Origin: Selaginella moellendorffii
Taxonomy: Eukaryota > Plantae > Lycopodiophyta
DNA length: 54,577 bases
Assembly: GCF_000143415.4 (NCBI RefSeq)
Contig: NW_003314285.1
Span: forward strand, 402,782 to 457,358
Reading direction: 5' to 3'
The translations under genes and the position numbers were made by a program. Position 1 is the first letter of the stretch. Every line of letters starts with the position of its first letter. Of this stretch, positions 37,231 through 48,809 are shown in pieces. A model generated the notes under the pieces. The model saw only the letters and a list, made by a program, of their open reading frames with translations. It was not told where the DNA came from and did not search any database.

Positions 37231-37857
37231 AGAATTGTAATAAAGTTTAGTTTTTGTAAATCTTGTAATAAATCTTGCAAATCAATAAAGTAATATATTT
37301 CTATAAATCAAAGTTTTGTTTCTTTTGTTCATTAGTACTTGGGTCAGTTTTGGCAAGCTGACTTTAGCACTTCGGTGCATGGGTCCAATCCATAACCATG
37401 GGGATAATTATTATAGACTGATCACAAATCCCCGCCTCTCTCTCGATGACTCATTTTTGAAAAGGGGCGTGGTCATGTAAACAACTTAATCCACCCGTTT
37501 ATAATAGTTGTCTAAATCTTCTTGACGGGGTTGATTTCTTACTCAGGGGAAGTTGGGCCTTTCACCTTCTCCCTATCTCCCTGCGGGCAGGGATGTATCA
37601 TTCTTTTGTAAACCGAGTGGTACTTGGAGCAGCAAGGGTGGCTAACTCCGTTAGTCATTTCCTTGTCGGCGACGGCTGGAGGGTGTCTGAGTCTTAGCGT
37701 CTTCGGACGTAGCGGAGAGGTCATTTCATAACTCATTTAAGTCGGTGTGTTTCCCACATAATGTGCTTTCCATTAACTTTGGAGTTGTTTCCTTGACGGT
37801 TTGCTAGACTCGGGTATGCATCGATGAAGGTGTCAATCTTCCCCAAGGGGGGGAGAG

Positions 37858-38785
37858 TGTCGCAAATGTGACTTTGGATATCGAAAGATACTTGTTGGCC
37901 AGTCCTTACGGACACTCTTTCCTTACTACCCTGACGGCAGGAGGTCAGTATAGTTGGATCCCTTTGGTAGCCCCTCTTGTGCTAGTGGAGTTAACTGGGC
38001 ATTTCGAGTGTACTTAGATTGGACGAGCATAAGGACGAAATTCCTACGTGCTATTAGCTAAGCATACTTAGCATGGTAAGGAATTCCCATCTCATTATGT
38101 CTTGCATTAGTTAGTGACAAGAACCCTCGTGTATTGAGACTAGTCCCTCAATATTGCTAGATGATAGCTTACCGTGTCTGCCAAACACCCTTGCTATCAT
38201 GCCCTTTGTGTTAGTCTCATTTTGGTCCAAAATACTATTTATGGAAAGTGTCTAGATTCACTCATTTGGCATATCTACGGAATGTAGAGGTTGGCCTGAA
38301 CACAATGGTGTTCATCCCGTGTCCAAATTCGCAATTTAGTGCCATTCTATATTTAGTAAGTTTCAAGTTTATCCTAGAGACTAACTCCTGGTACTAAGGG
38401 AGGCTTGGGCTGAAAGCCCAAAGTGTGTGTCTCTCAAGGGGGGGGGCAAGGGGGCGGGGGGGGAGTTGTGGGGGGTTCCAAATGTATAGTAAGGATAGTG
38501 TTTGGAATGCATGTCTAACCACATGAGACATTAGTTCTGGGTTGTGTCACTCCTTGTTTTGCGTCCGGCTTGGGTCTAAGCCCAAGCTCCACGTTGCTCT
38601 AGTTGGTGGGGTACCCTCCTCCTCGCATTAGGCCACCGATATGCCAAAATTGTGCCAAACTCTATCTGATACCATTTTGCGTGTAGGTGTGGGATATGGG
38701 GAGCTAGTGCTCATGGGATTGTACCGGACCCTCGTTTCGTAGCATAATGGGCTTAGAGTTCAACTCCAAATTCATGTGCACTACA
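37858..38785 (+). repeat. 3' LTR of D
   Basis: TGTCGCAAATGTGAC...GCACTACA, directly after the PPT. Confidence 0.92.
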
Positions 38786-41700
38786 AAAAGAGAACTAAAA
38801 GCCAAGTCAAGTATGCTTAGCAAGAAATATATAAGAGTTTCTACCTTATGTTCATTTGGCTAAGTATAAGTGCTAAGCCTAGTTTACTAACATTTGAACA
38901 AAAGGGATTGATAAAGGGTCCAATAATACCAACCTCCTGCTGTTGTGGTAGTAAAAAAAGAATATCCAAAAAGAGTAGCTAATAAGTAATTTTTGATACC
39001 TATAGTTACATTCGTGACACTCCCCTGTCCCCCTAAGGACGATTGATGTTCTCATCAATGTATACTCTAATCTAGAACACTACTAAGAAAACAACTTCAG
39101 AAAAAGTTTATGGTATTTATACTTTGTGAGAAATGCACCAACTTAAATGAATTAAGAGGGAACCTCTTTCTTTAATGCAAATGCGCTACCAACTTAAACA
39201 CCTTTTGGCCATTGCTAACAAGGAAATGACCAACAGAGTTAGCCACCCTTGCTACTTTGGGTGTCATCTAGCTTACAAAAGTATGATACCACCCTGCCAG
39301 TTTGTCTATACTAGCCCAAACCCAAAGATTAGTAAATGGATAATATCAAAGCTAAAAACAATGATATCTTAAAGGTTTAATTATCAATGAATAAATCTTA
39401 GATTATAACATAAAAGTATTCCAAATAAGTTATCATTCGATAAACTAGTATTAGAGTATAGAAACCACTAAGATCACTATAGTTGGAATACATAGGATTC
39501 CTATCCAAGAAAATTCAACAGCTAGTGTATCATCAAGAACACTCAATGATAAAATTTAATTATTAAAGATTTCAGATAGCATGCAAAACAACTTATGTAA
39601 GATAACTTAAAGAACACAAAATATCATTGACTGGCAAATAAAATGCTCATGAATGTATCACCTAAAGGAAATAACATCTTATCTATCAGAACCAATTGTA
39701 GCAATAATCAATACAATAGAATGAGTGTTGCAAAGAGCAATAAACACAATGTTTATGCCAACTATCATACTAGCCAATTTAAATAAATTTCAGTCAACAA
39801 TACTAAAGATTTTAAGTTGCTCAAATAAGTGTCAATAACATTCTACTAATGTCTCAAACCCAATAGACCAATCCAAAGCAAACTACAAAGAACATATGGT
39901 ATTGCGAAAAAGCCAAAAGCTATCAATGAAAACAACTAACTATCATAGAAAAACATTAATCATCCCATCAATAAAGAGTTGCATAATCATTGTCAAAGAA
40001 AAAATCTACCATAATGAAGAATGGTAAATCATTCAACATCAACAACAATTTAGTAAAACCTTTGATAAGGATAATCAATTATCCTAGATAATAGTCAATT
40101 ATCACCAATGATTGCCAAATATAAATACGAACTTTAATATCGAAGTTAATGAGCCATAATGCCTTCCCCAATAACTCCTACCAAATGGAGCAATGAGCAT
40201 GAAAACTCAAAGAATTAAAAACCTGAAGAAGCATATAACCAAGTCTTGCTTAATAATGATCATGAGTTTTGCATGAATTAACTTTAATGCTAAAGAAAAA
40301 ATCATGGTACAACCTAGAATATCCTCTTCAACATAATGCAAAGTTAATGAAGAACATATCTACATCAATCTAAAAGTCAAACACAATGGAGTTATGCTTA
40401 ACAAGTGATCACTAACTGATTCTCTATGAATCCATTTATATCAAGACATAACTTACTTCATCACAAGTACAAAAGAAATTATCAATGATTAATACATCCC
40501 ACCTCAAATCTAACAAGGATTCAAATATTCAAATATCGATCACTAACTCTTCCTCTAATAAAACTAGTATAATTCATGCCAAATCACTTTTCAAAGAAGA
40601 ACTAAACCTCAACCTAAACAATCTCCTCTAGAATACAACTCAACTTGTTACTCAGCTCATTTGAATGCTAATATAATTGCTAACTAGTAAATGCATGAAT
40701 ACCAGTAATATAAAGTTACAACCAAATTATTAACACTATCTACATCAAGACTAATGAAACTTAATATTAATTTTATGGAAAGACATTTCATCTTACTTGA
40801 ATTTCAATAATAATAATGTCAATGACAAGGCATCACTTCAATGCCATCAACACCATAATAAAGTTATTAGAAAGCAAGAGTGAATCACCACTTGAAGCTC
40901 TTTAACAACTAAGTTAACTAAGGTTAAAGGTATTATACTTAGTATCTGAGATCAATTCTTCAATAAAACTTAGTTACATATAACACATCATCAAAGAGTA
41001 ATTCATCATGTCTAAGACTCAATGTAATTCAACACTATTGGATTAAATACAACAAAATAATATCAATAAAGATAGAGTCAATATGCTAACATGGAAAAAC
41101 TATGTAAGTTTAATGACACAATCCTTTGTAACACGATTTGATAAAGTAAGCCTATCACTAATAAATTTTCATTCAACAAAATAAGTGTTAATAATTTTTG
41201 TTGAAGTTTACAAGCAATCACTAATTGTAAAACAACCAATAGTCACACTTTAATTTACCTTTCACAAGACCCAAACACTAAACTCATGCCATCGAGTTAT
41301 ATAAGTGTCCAATATGAACGTAATACCCTAAATACAAGATAAATGTTCATGAATAAGTATAAAATAAATAACCACTCAAATCCAATTAAACCACAATAAG
41401 CTCACCATCATATTTTATCCAATAGCTCTGAGCATCCCTTGAAAAGGTTAGCTATGCATGATCAACACTTAGTTGAAACTAAAGTGAAGACCATCTGATG
41501 GATTTATATTGATACACAACTTCCTCATAGATAAAGCTATAGTATAAGTATTAACATCTCAATCTCAAACAATTAAGTTGGATATCACCATCCTCAACCA
41601 AGGCACAAAACTACCAAGACTAAGTCAAGATCAGTGAGAGCTCACTAATCTTATAAAATTTAACAAATGTAATGTGCAACCTACCACCTAGCATAATGCT

Positions 41701-42436
41701 ATAGAAAAAAGGCATAAAAGTCACCTTTCTAGAAAAGCATAACAACCACTTTTCTACACCAATTTTAGACTCTATCCAACTTAATTGCTTTAGCCCCAAG
41801 AACTCAAGAGCCGCATCTACTAAAGTTTAAGTTAACTAAAGTCAACTCCAACCCTTTCAATAGTTTGTACTAATTTATGAAAACAGAATGGTTTTTGAGT
41901 AAAATGATCAAAAGATCAACCATTGGAAAAGTCTAAGAAAATTTATGGAAAAATTTCCATTCTAAAAAAAGAGTGACTCTCAGTCTAGGAATACAAACTT
42001 TCAAGACTTAGCTAATTTCCTCCTACTAACAACTTCACATAGGTTCACTTTACATAAATTCTCATGAATCAATAACATACTTAAGTATTAAATATTATGC
42101 CCATATTCAAACATCCAACATTGATATTTGTAAAATGAAAAATAAATATCCAAGGTTTGATCATAAAGACTATTTTTAAATATCTATATTGCACTAACAC
42201 TCTTCTTCAACCACCTTCAAGATCTAATGGATTGTATCGCTCTTTGTTTTGCATTTGGCTTAAGTCTAAGCCTAAGCTCCATACTACTTTGAACCACAGC
42301 CACTTCGAGGGAAAAAATGCCTAGATATCAGCGATCATGGCAAATTTGTGGAGGCTCAAACACTAACAAAAAAAAATGATATGAAAAATCAAGGTCTAAG
42401 GAAAATTCTTTATCACTTGAAACAACAATGCTACTT

Positions 42437-42612
42437 TGTAAGTTCCTGAATTTAAACTTCTCGGGAAGTCATACTATTCAAACCCAAAGACATTTAACCC
42501 TAAGTATTTTAGACCCTTAACCAATTGAAAAAGGGTGCACTTTTTAGGCCCTTTCCTTTTATATTTGAACCCTATAAATCATCTCTCAAGTTGTTCTCTT
42601 TGGTTGCTTACA
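42437..42612 (-). mobile_element. Cassandra TRIM solo LTR (5S rRNA-derived), decayed
   Basis: TGTAAG..CTTACA termini. TSD TACTT/CACTT. Homologous to 43113-43306 with a deletion in the 5S part. Confidence 0.8.
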
Positions 42613-43112
42613 CACTTCCATTAACACAAGAGCTAGTAACATCAAAGTCTTAGCTACACACTTTCTCCATCTAATAATTTATTCTAAGTGCTAATGGATA
42701 AACCAACAAGCCATATTAAATGAATGTTACAACTTTTTCCAACACCTTATAGTCAACTCTCAAAGAAACAAGGTACCAATTTAAGCTTAGTATAATAATT
42801 CACCATTGAGAATTCAATCAAAGCTACTACAATTCTACTACTTGTAAGTAAACTAGCTTCTCTGTCAACCACTTTGATTATAGTTTAACCAAGTAACTTC
42901 CTAAACATGATATAAAAATCACAGTAACTTGATCATCAATTGAGCAACACCATGACCAACTCCCATGTTATTATTTTAAAGGTTTATATGAGTATCAAGT
43001 GTCAACTTAATTCGATAAAATGCAACATAAATGCTATACCCCACCAATAAAGATTTACAACACTAATACCACTAACTTTTATTCATAATACGGATAAGCA
43101 CATACCACTCTC

Positions 43113-43306
43113 TGTAAGCTCCTGAGTTTGGACTTCCTAGGAGGTCACCCAACCCAGTACTATTCAAACCCAAAGACGCTTAACCCCAAATATCCCAAGA
43201 CCCTTAACCTATTGGAAAAGGGGGTGCACTCTTATTCATGGGCTCTTTCCCTCTATATTTGAACCCCATGGATCGTCTCTCGAGTCATTCCCTTTGGTTG
43301 CTTACA
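43113..43306 (-). mobile_element. Cassandra TRIM solo LTR (5S rRNA-derived)
   Basis: Reverse complement contains GTTAAGCGTCTTTGGGTTTGAATAGTACTGGGTTGGGTGACCTCCTAGGAAGTCC, matching the 5S box A/IE/box C region. TGTAAGC/GCTTACA termini. TSD CTCTC/CTCTT. Confidence 0.9.
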
Positions 43307-43684
43307 CTCTTTTTCTGACCAAACTCAAAACTAATCTAACATCAAGCTACTCAAGGAGCAATAATTAGATTCCCTGAAAAAGAATTTTAAGCATTACAAC
43401 CAAATCTTTAATAGCAAGCCTAAACTAAATGGTTTAGCACTTCACTATTATCTATCCTGTCAGGAATCCCCCAATTCATACCACATTCCTGAATCTCGCT
43501 GGATTCCTAACCTGCAGACCACATTTCTGATTCTCGAGACTTTTCCCTATTCTTGACTCTCTGATTTCCTATACGATTCCTGAGTCTTGAGCCACATTTC
43601 TGATGATGATGTGGTGCCTCCTCGACCTCAGCTATATTTAGGCCGTCCTCGATCCAAGAGTGGTGGAGCTTCATCAACCTATAG

Positions 43685-43692
43685 TATATATA
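43685..43692 (+). promoter_or_regulatory. Putative TATA box of the B 5' LTR
   Basis: TATATATA, 30 nt upstream of the sequence complementary to the PBS (predicted transcript 5' end). Conserved in the other LTR copies. Confidence 0.65.
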
Positions 43693-43821
43693 GGTTAGCC
43701 TTGTTCCATTTCTCCACAATCTGAATCAACACCAGTCTAAGGCCTCTTCTTTGTTTTCACTAGCTTTTTCTCTTTGTCTTTAGCATTTTCCAGTCTTGAT
43801 CTTGTTGGGGGTCTTGACAGT

Positions 43822-43836
43822 TTGATTCAGATTGTG
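43822..43836 (+). other. Self-priming PBS
   Basis: TTGATTCAGATTGTG is the perfect complement of CACAATCTGAATCAA (43715-43729) in the LTR. No TGG tRNA-type PBS. Confidence 0.85.
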
Positions 43837-43857
43837 TTTTTTGCTTTTCTTTTAGCT

Positions 43858-43957
43858 NNNNNNNNNNNNNNNNNNNNNNNNNNNNNNNNNNNNNNNNNNN
43901 NNNNNNNNNNNNNNNNNNNNNNNNNNNNNNNNNNNNNNNNNNNNNNNNNNNNNNNNN
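43858..43957. other. Assembly gap (100 N) in the B leader
   Basis: Run of N's. Confidence 0.95.
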
Positions 43958-43978
43958 TTCTTTTCTTTCTTTCTGCCG

Positions 43979-44949
43979 ATGGAGTCTCCAAGCCATCCTG
44001 ATTTCTTTGCCAAAGTCCTTGCAAAAATCCAGTCTAAGAATACCGAGCTGAAGGTGACCCTTCTTCGCATGCAGCAGGAGCTTGCTTCACTTTCGGCTCA
44101 AGGATCCAGCAAAGTTCCTAAACTGAAGGTGAGTTTCCCGGTGAAATTTTCAAGCAAGCGTTCAAAACTTCGCGGATTCCTGAACTAGATGGAGCTAATC
44201 TTCGCACTTCAACATCAGCGGTACCCCACTCCTGAGTCTCAAATCAGCACGATTGAGACATTGCTCGAAGGTGCAGCTTTGTCATGGTTTTCTCCTCTTC
44301 TAGAGAAGAGCATGAAAGGGGTCGTGGTTCCGGAGTTGATGGATCTTCAATTGTTCAAAGAGAAGCTCGAAGCATGTTTTGGCGAGATGGATCGGGTTTG
44401 GGCTGCTACCACAAAGATGAAACGTCTCTCTCAGGGGTCTCGTCCTACCTCAATCTACGCTGCAGAGTTCCAACTCCTTGCCTTGGACACTCAGTGGGAT
44501 GAGCGGGCCCTGATTGACAAATTTCGTTTCGGCCTCAACAACGGTGTCAAGGATTTGTTGCCCACCATGGAGGATCCCAAGGACCTATCGAACGCCATCA
44601 ACAAAGTTGTTCGATGTGACAATTGTCTCTTTGAGCGTCGTTAGGAAAATCGTCGCGCCGCTGTTTTTCCGTCCCAGACTCAGGAATCCCAGCTTGAGTC
44701 TTCGGGGCATACTCCTGAACCTACTGCTCTGGTCCCGATGGATATTTCTGGTACTCCCCGACTCATCAAAGGGAAGTTGAGTCTTGCTGAGAAGCAACGT
44801 CGAATATCTCATAATCTTTACCTCTACTGTGCTGGTCCTAATCACAAAGCAGCTATGTGTCCCAAGAAGCCTCCTTGACTGCTCGAGTTCACTCTACCTC
44901 AAAATCCACCTTTGTTGCAGTTGGGAAACGACCCTGTCCAAATAGAGTA
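43979..44949 (+). pseudogene. gag: gag of B with in-frame stops
   Basis: ORFs 43979..44188 and 44189..44644. Degenerate zinc knuckle LYCAGPNHKAAMCP near 44820-44865. Confidence 0.88.
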
Positions 44950-44972
44950 GGAGCTGTCTGTTTGGACTCCCT
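44923..44972 (+). promoter_or_regulatory. Putative -1 ribosomal frameshift signal (G GGA AAC plus downstream stem/pseudoknot)
   Basis: Slippery heptamer in the gag frame with pol in the -1 frame. 6-nt spacer, then stem GTCCAAATAGA/TCTGTTTGGAC. Conserved in A (~5217-5263, minus strand). Confidence 0.7.
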
Positions 44973-45115
44973 GAATAAAAATCACTTTTCTTCTTTATCA
45001 AGCTCCTCACCACCTTTCATTAAGGCCACCACCAATTCCTGCAACTTCCGCGTCCCATGTCTCCTTTCTTTCACTGGACAATCAGGACTCAAAGCTCTAG
45101 CGCTACTGGACTCGG

Positions 45116-47860
45116 GTGCTGTTGGACTCGAGTGCAACTTCCTGCTTCATAGACACGGACTTTGCTGCCCAACATCACGTTCCTCTTTTTTCTACCATAC
45201 AGGATATGAGGGATGAAAGCATCGGCGGGCATTTTGTGTCTCCATCTTCTGGACTTAGGGAAACGTTGCCCATTCGAGTACACATCGGGTCCACCGTCAT
45301 CGATATCGCCTTCAGCATCATCAACAGCAAGTCCTCCTCTATGGTGCTCGGTCTTCCTTGGTTCCAACTACATCAGCCTCAGATCTGTTGGAAGGAATTA
45401 CAGCTCATCTCTCCCACATCACCATCTCCCACGGCTTCCTCTGCTGTTCATCAAGTCCGAATCAGGAAAAGTTCCCTAAACTTAAATCGGGGTTTTGTTC
45501 TTGACTCTACAAAGTTTTCACCCTCTTCTTTTTCCTCTCCTCCATCTTACACTGGACAGTATCCTTGTCTCATCATTCCATTTAGTCATACGCCTCCTCC
45601 TATCTCCACAATCACTATGAAAGAACTCTTTCATGAAGAACCTATTTTCCTTTTTGCTTTGCATGTTTCTCCTGTCAGTCTTCCTGAGAAGTATCATGAT
45701 TTTGGGCATGTGTTTGACAAGAAAAATGCTAGTGTACTACCTGTTCATCAGCCTTATGACTGTCCCATTGATTTACAGGAAGGAGCGTCACCTCCGTGGG
45801 GGCCTATCTACGGGTTATCCCCGTTCGAGCTTAAGGCCCTCAAAGAGTACATGGATGAGAACCTTGCCTCCGGGTACATTCAGCATTCGCAGTCCCCGGC
45901 TGGAGCGCCTATCTTCTTTGTCAAGAAGAAGGATGGGAGTTTGCGGCTAGTCATCGACTACCGAGGTTTGAACAAGGTGATTGTTCGGAACTGCTATTCG
46001 CTGCCCCTGATCTTGAACCTGTTGGAATGCCTCGGCGGTGCCCGCTTCTTCACCAAGATCGACCTCCGTGGAGCATACAACCTGATCCAAATCCAGCTTG
46101 GTGATGAATGGAAGACTGCGTTCCGAACCCGCTATGGCCACTTCGAGTACACTGTCGTGCCATTTGGCTTGACAAATGCTCTAGCAGTTTTCCAACACAT
46201 GGCGAATGACGTCTTTTGGGAGTTTCTTGATCAGATGGTGATCGTCTACCTCGATGATATCCTCATCTACTCAAAAACTCAAGAGGAGCACGATGAACAT
46301 GTATGCAAGGTGCTGGTGAAGCTGCGAGAACACGGCCTATATGCGAAGCTTGAGAAATGTTCCTTCGATCAGCAGTCTGTGGAGTTCCTTGGGTACATTG
46401 GCACTCCTGAGGGTATCACGATGGATCCTGCCAAAGTCAAGACTATTCTCGAATGGGAGCCTCCACAATCAATGTCGGATGTTCAGGTTTTCCTTGGCTT
46501 CGCCAACTTCTACCGCAAATTCATTGATCACTACTCTGACATTGTCCTTCCTCTCACACATCTCACTCGCAAGGATGTTCCCTTCTCTTGGTCTGCTGCT
46601 GCCCAGCAGGCCTTCGACACACTCAAGGTGGCCTTTAGTTCTGCTCCCGTCTTGATCCACGCTGATCCCTCACAACCTTTCTTCATCGAGGCTGACGCCT
46701 TCGACTTCGCCATCGGTGTTGTGTTGTCTCAACTCGGAGCGGATCACAAACTTCATCCGATCGCTTTCCATTCTCAGAAATTCCAGCCTACGGAGATCAA
46801 TTACGAAATCCACGACAAGGAGCTCTTTGCCATCGTGGATTCCTTTGGAGAGTGGCGCCGTTTCTTGGGGGTGGGCCATCAAACAACAGTCTGGACAAAT
46901 CACAAAAATCTTGAGTACTTTGCCACTTCCCGAGTTTTGAGCCGTCATCAAGCAAGGTGGGCACAATTCCTGAGTCGGTTTGACTTTGTTATCAAGTACA
47001 AACCTGGAAAGCTTCAAGGCCTTCCTAATGCTCTTTCAAGACGCTCCTATCTTAGTCTCAGGCCTGGTAATATTGCCTTCGATCAACTGGATCAAGTTAT
47101 CCTTGGTCCTAACCGGCTTCAAGTTATGGCAATTTCTTTGGCCCCTCAGGACTCCTCCTTGATGGATGCGATCAGAAATGATCTTCAATCCGATGACCTT
47201 GCCAGTGACATTTTCCCCCATCTTCAGGCTGGACACCCAGTGACTCCCGATTGCCGGCGATTTGACGAGTTCGAGTTCTTAGATGGGTTGTTGTACCGTG
47301 GGGAGCAGCTTTACGTTCCTGAAGGTGATGCTCGAAGGTTGGTCCTGATGGCGTGCCACGATAGCCCGACTACTGGTCACTTCGGCATTGCAAAGACTTA
47401 TGAGCTAGTTGCACGGGACTTTTGGTGGCCTCACATGGACGACTACATCAAAACTTTTGTTACCTCCTGTGACACTTGCACCCGAAATAAGGTACCTCGC
47501 CACCTTCCTTCAGGATTGCTTCGTTCCCTCCTGGTCCCTTCAGGTCCTTGGGAATCCATCTCCATGGATTTCTTGAGTGATCTTCCGAGTTCTGGAGGCT
47601 TCAACAGCATTTTAGTCGTGGTGGATCGCTTCACAAAGATGGCGCACTTCCTGCCGTGTACCAAGGAGTTTTCGGGCGAGGACATGGCAAAACTAGTATT
47701 CAGGGAAATTTTCCGAATTCATGGGATTCCTGCAGATGTGGTTTCGGATCGGGGACCTCAGTTCATCTCTCATTTTTGGCAACGGTTTTTACAGTTGCTT
47801 GGAGTGAAGGCAAACTTTTCTTTGGCATATCATCCTCAAACTGATGGACAGTCCGAATGA
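45116..47860 (+). CDS. pol: Pol polyprotein of B (PR-RT-RH-INT), 914 aa, ends at a premature TGA in integrase
   Basis: [29 protein letters not shown], zinc finger CHDSPTTGHFG..CDTC, SMDF..SDRGPQF..YHPQTDGQSE. Confidence 0.93.
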   Translation: MLLDSSATSCFIDTDFAAQHHVPLFSTIQDMRDESIGGHFVSPSSGLRETLPIRVHIGSTVIDIAFSIINSKSSSMVLGLPWFQLHQPQICWKELQLISPTSPSPTASSAVHQVRIRKSSLNLNRGFVLDSTKFSPSSFSSPPSYTGQYPCLIIPFSHTPPPISTITMKELFHEEPIFLFALHVSPVSLPEKYHDFGHVFDKKNASVLPVHQPYDCPIDLQEGASPPWGPIYGLSPFELKALKEYMDENLASGYIQHSQSPAGAPIFFVKKKDGSLRLVIDYRGLNKVIVRNCYSLPLILNLLECLGGARFFTKIDLRGAYNLIQIQLGDEWKTAFRTRYGHFEYTVVPFGLTNALAVFQHMANDVFWEFLDQMVIVYLDDILIYSKTQEEHDEHVCKVLVKLREHGLYAKLEKCSFDQQSVEFLGYIGTPEGITMDPAKVKTILEWEPPQSMSDVQVFLGFANFYRKFIDHYSDIVLPLTHLTRKDVPFSWSAAAQQAFDTLKVAFSSAPVLIHADPSQPFFIEADAFDFAIGVVLSQLGADHKLHPIAFHSQKFQPTEINYEIHDKELFAIVDSFGEWRRFLGVGHQTTVWTNHKNLEYFATSRVLSRHQARWAQFLSRFDFVIKYKPGKLQGLPNALSRRSYLSLRPGNIAFDQLDQVILGPNRLQVMAISLAPQDSSLMDAIRNDLQSDDLASDIFPHLQAGHPVTPDCRRFDEFEFLDGLLYRGEQLYVPEGDARRLVLMACHDSPTTGHFGIAKTYELVARDFWWPHMDDYIKTFVTSCDTCTRNKVPRHLPSGLLRSLLVPSGPWESISMDFLSDLPSSGGFNSILVVVDRFTKMAHFLPCTKEFSGEDMAKLVFREIFRIHGIPADVVSDRGPQFISHFWQRFLQLLGVKANFSLAYHPQTDGQSE

Positions 47861-48720
47861 ACGATTCAGACGTTAGAACAATTCCTGAGGTGCTTCATCA
47901 ACTATCATCAGGATGACTGGTTCGATATCCTTCCCCTTGCTGAGTTCTCCTATAACAACTCTATTCACTCCTCTCTTCGAGTTTCCCCTTTCTTTGCAAA
48001 CTCTGGCCGAAATCCCCAATTCAATCTCTCACTTCCTTCTCCATCCGAATCCTCTCATTCAAATCCCCGCTCTAAGACATTTGTCTCCAACCTCTAGGAA
48101 ATCCATAGCTCCATCTCCTTCCACCTCCATCGTGCTCAGGAATCTCACAAAACATTTGCCAATGCCCATTGTCAGGATTGTCCCCCTTACAATATTGGGG
48201 ATAAAGTCTGGCTCCTCAGGCAAAATATCTCCACCACCAGGCCATGTCCCAAACTCGATTTCAAATGCCTCAGTCCTTTCCCTATCACTGCTATCATTAA
48301 TCCTGTTACTTATCACCTTGCACTTCCCTCCTCCTATTAAATTCACCCTGTTTTTCACTCCTCTCTCCTTGAGCCTTATATTCCCAGTCCTATTCCAAAT
48401 CGGGTCATTCCTCCGCCTCCACCAGTGCAGCTCAATGATGGGTCTGAGTACGAGGTTCAAGACATTCTTGATTCCAAGATCTCACGGTCTAAACTCTACT
48501 ATTTGGTCGACTAAAAGGGTTATGGACTTGAAGAACGCACTTGGGAACCTGCGAACAACCTGATTCATTCTCTTGACCTTGTTCAGGACTTCCACCACCG
48601 CTATCCTTCTCGTCCCAGTCCTCATTCTTTATCTCCATCTCCTATCCCTCACCACCCATCTCATCCTCCTCTTCATTCTCATTCACATCCTCGTTCCACT
48701 CGTTCTTGAGGAGGGGGTGC
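47861..48720 (+). pseudogene. Integrase C-terminus, GPY/F region and chromodomain of B
   Basis: The pol frame continues after the TGA. Homologous to A 1560-2340 (EYEVQDILDSK..YYLVD*KG). Confidence 0.8.
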
Positions 48721-48809
48721 TGTCAGGAATCCCCCAATTCATACCACATTCCTGAATTTCGCTGGATTCTTGACCTGCAGACCATATTCCTGATTCTCGA
48801 GACACTTCC

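Larger units (their letters stand above)
23161..38785 (+). mobile_element. Ty3/Gypsy chromovirus D (coding partner family of the LARD), decayed, interrupted by L3
   Basis: LTRs 23161-24077 and 37858-38785. TSD AAAAG at 23156-23160 and 38786-38790. Degenerate Met PBS TGGTATTAAAG at 24080. PPT AAGGGGGGGAGAG. Contains gag-PR-RT-RH-INT-chromodomain. Confidence 0.92.
38791..43457 (-). mobile_element. LARD copy L0 (oldest, AT-eroded): U3 start of 3' LTR (to 39019), PPT and internal region
   Basis: Collinear with ~12250-16680, with many C>T/G>A changes and a deletion near 39300. Confidence 0.88.

Noticed and set aside
43113-43306. 5S rRNA gene
   Set aside because: Only the internal promoter half is present, embedded in TG..CA termini with a TSD. 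This is a Cassandra LTR.
47913-48563. 216-aa ORF (207-aa counterpart at 1694-2317) and antisense ORFs over pol
   Set aside because: Alternative-frame shadows of the integrase C-terminus, conserved only because A and B are recent copies.
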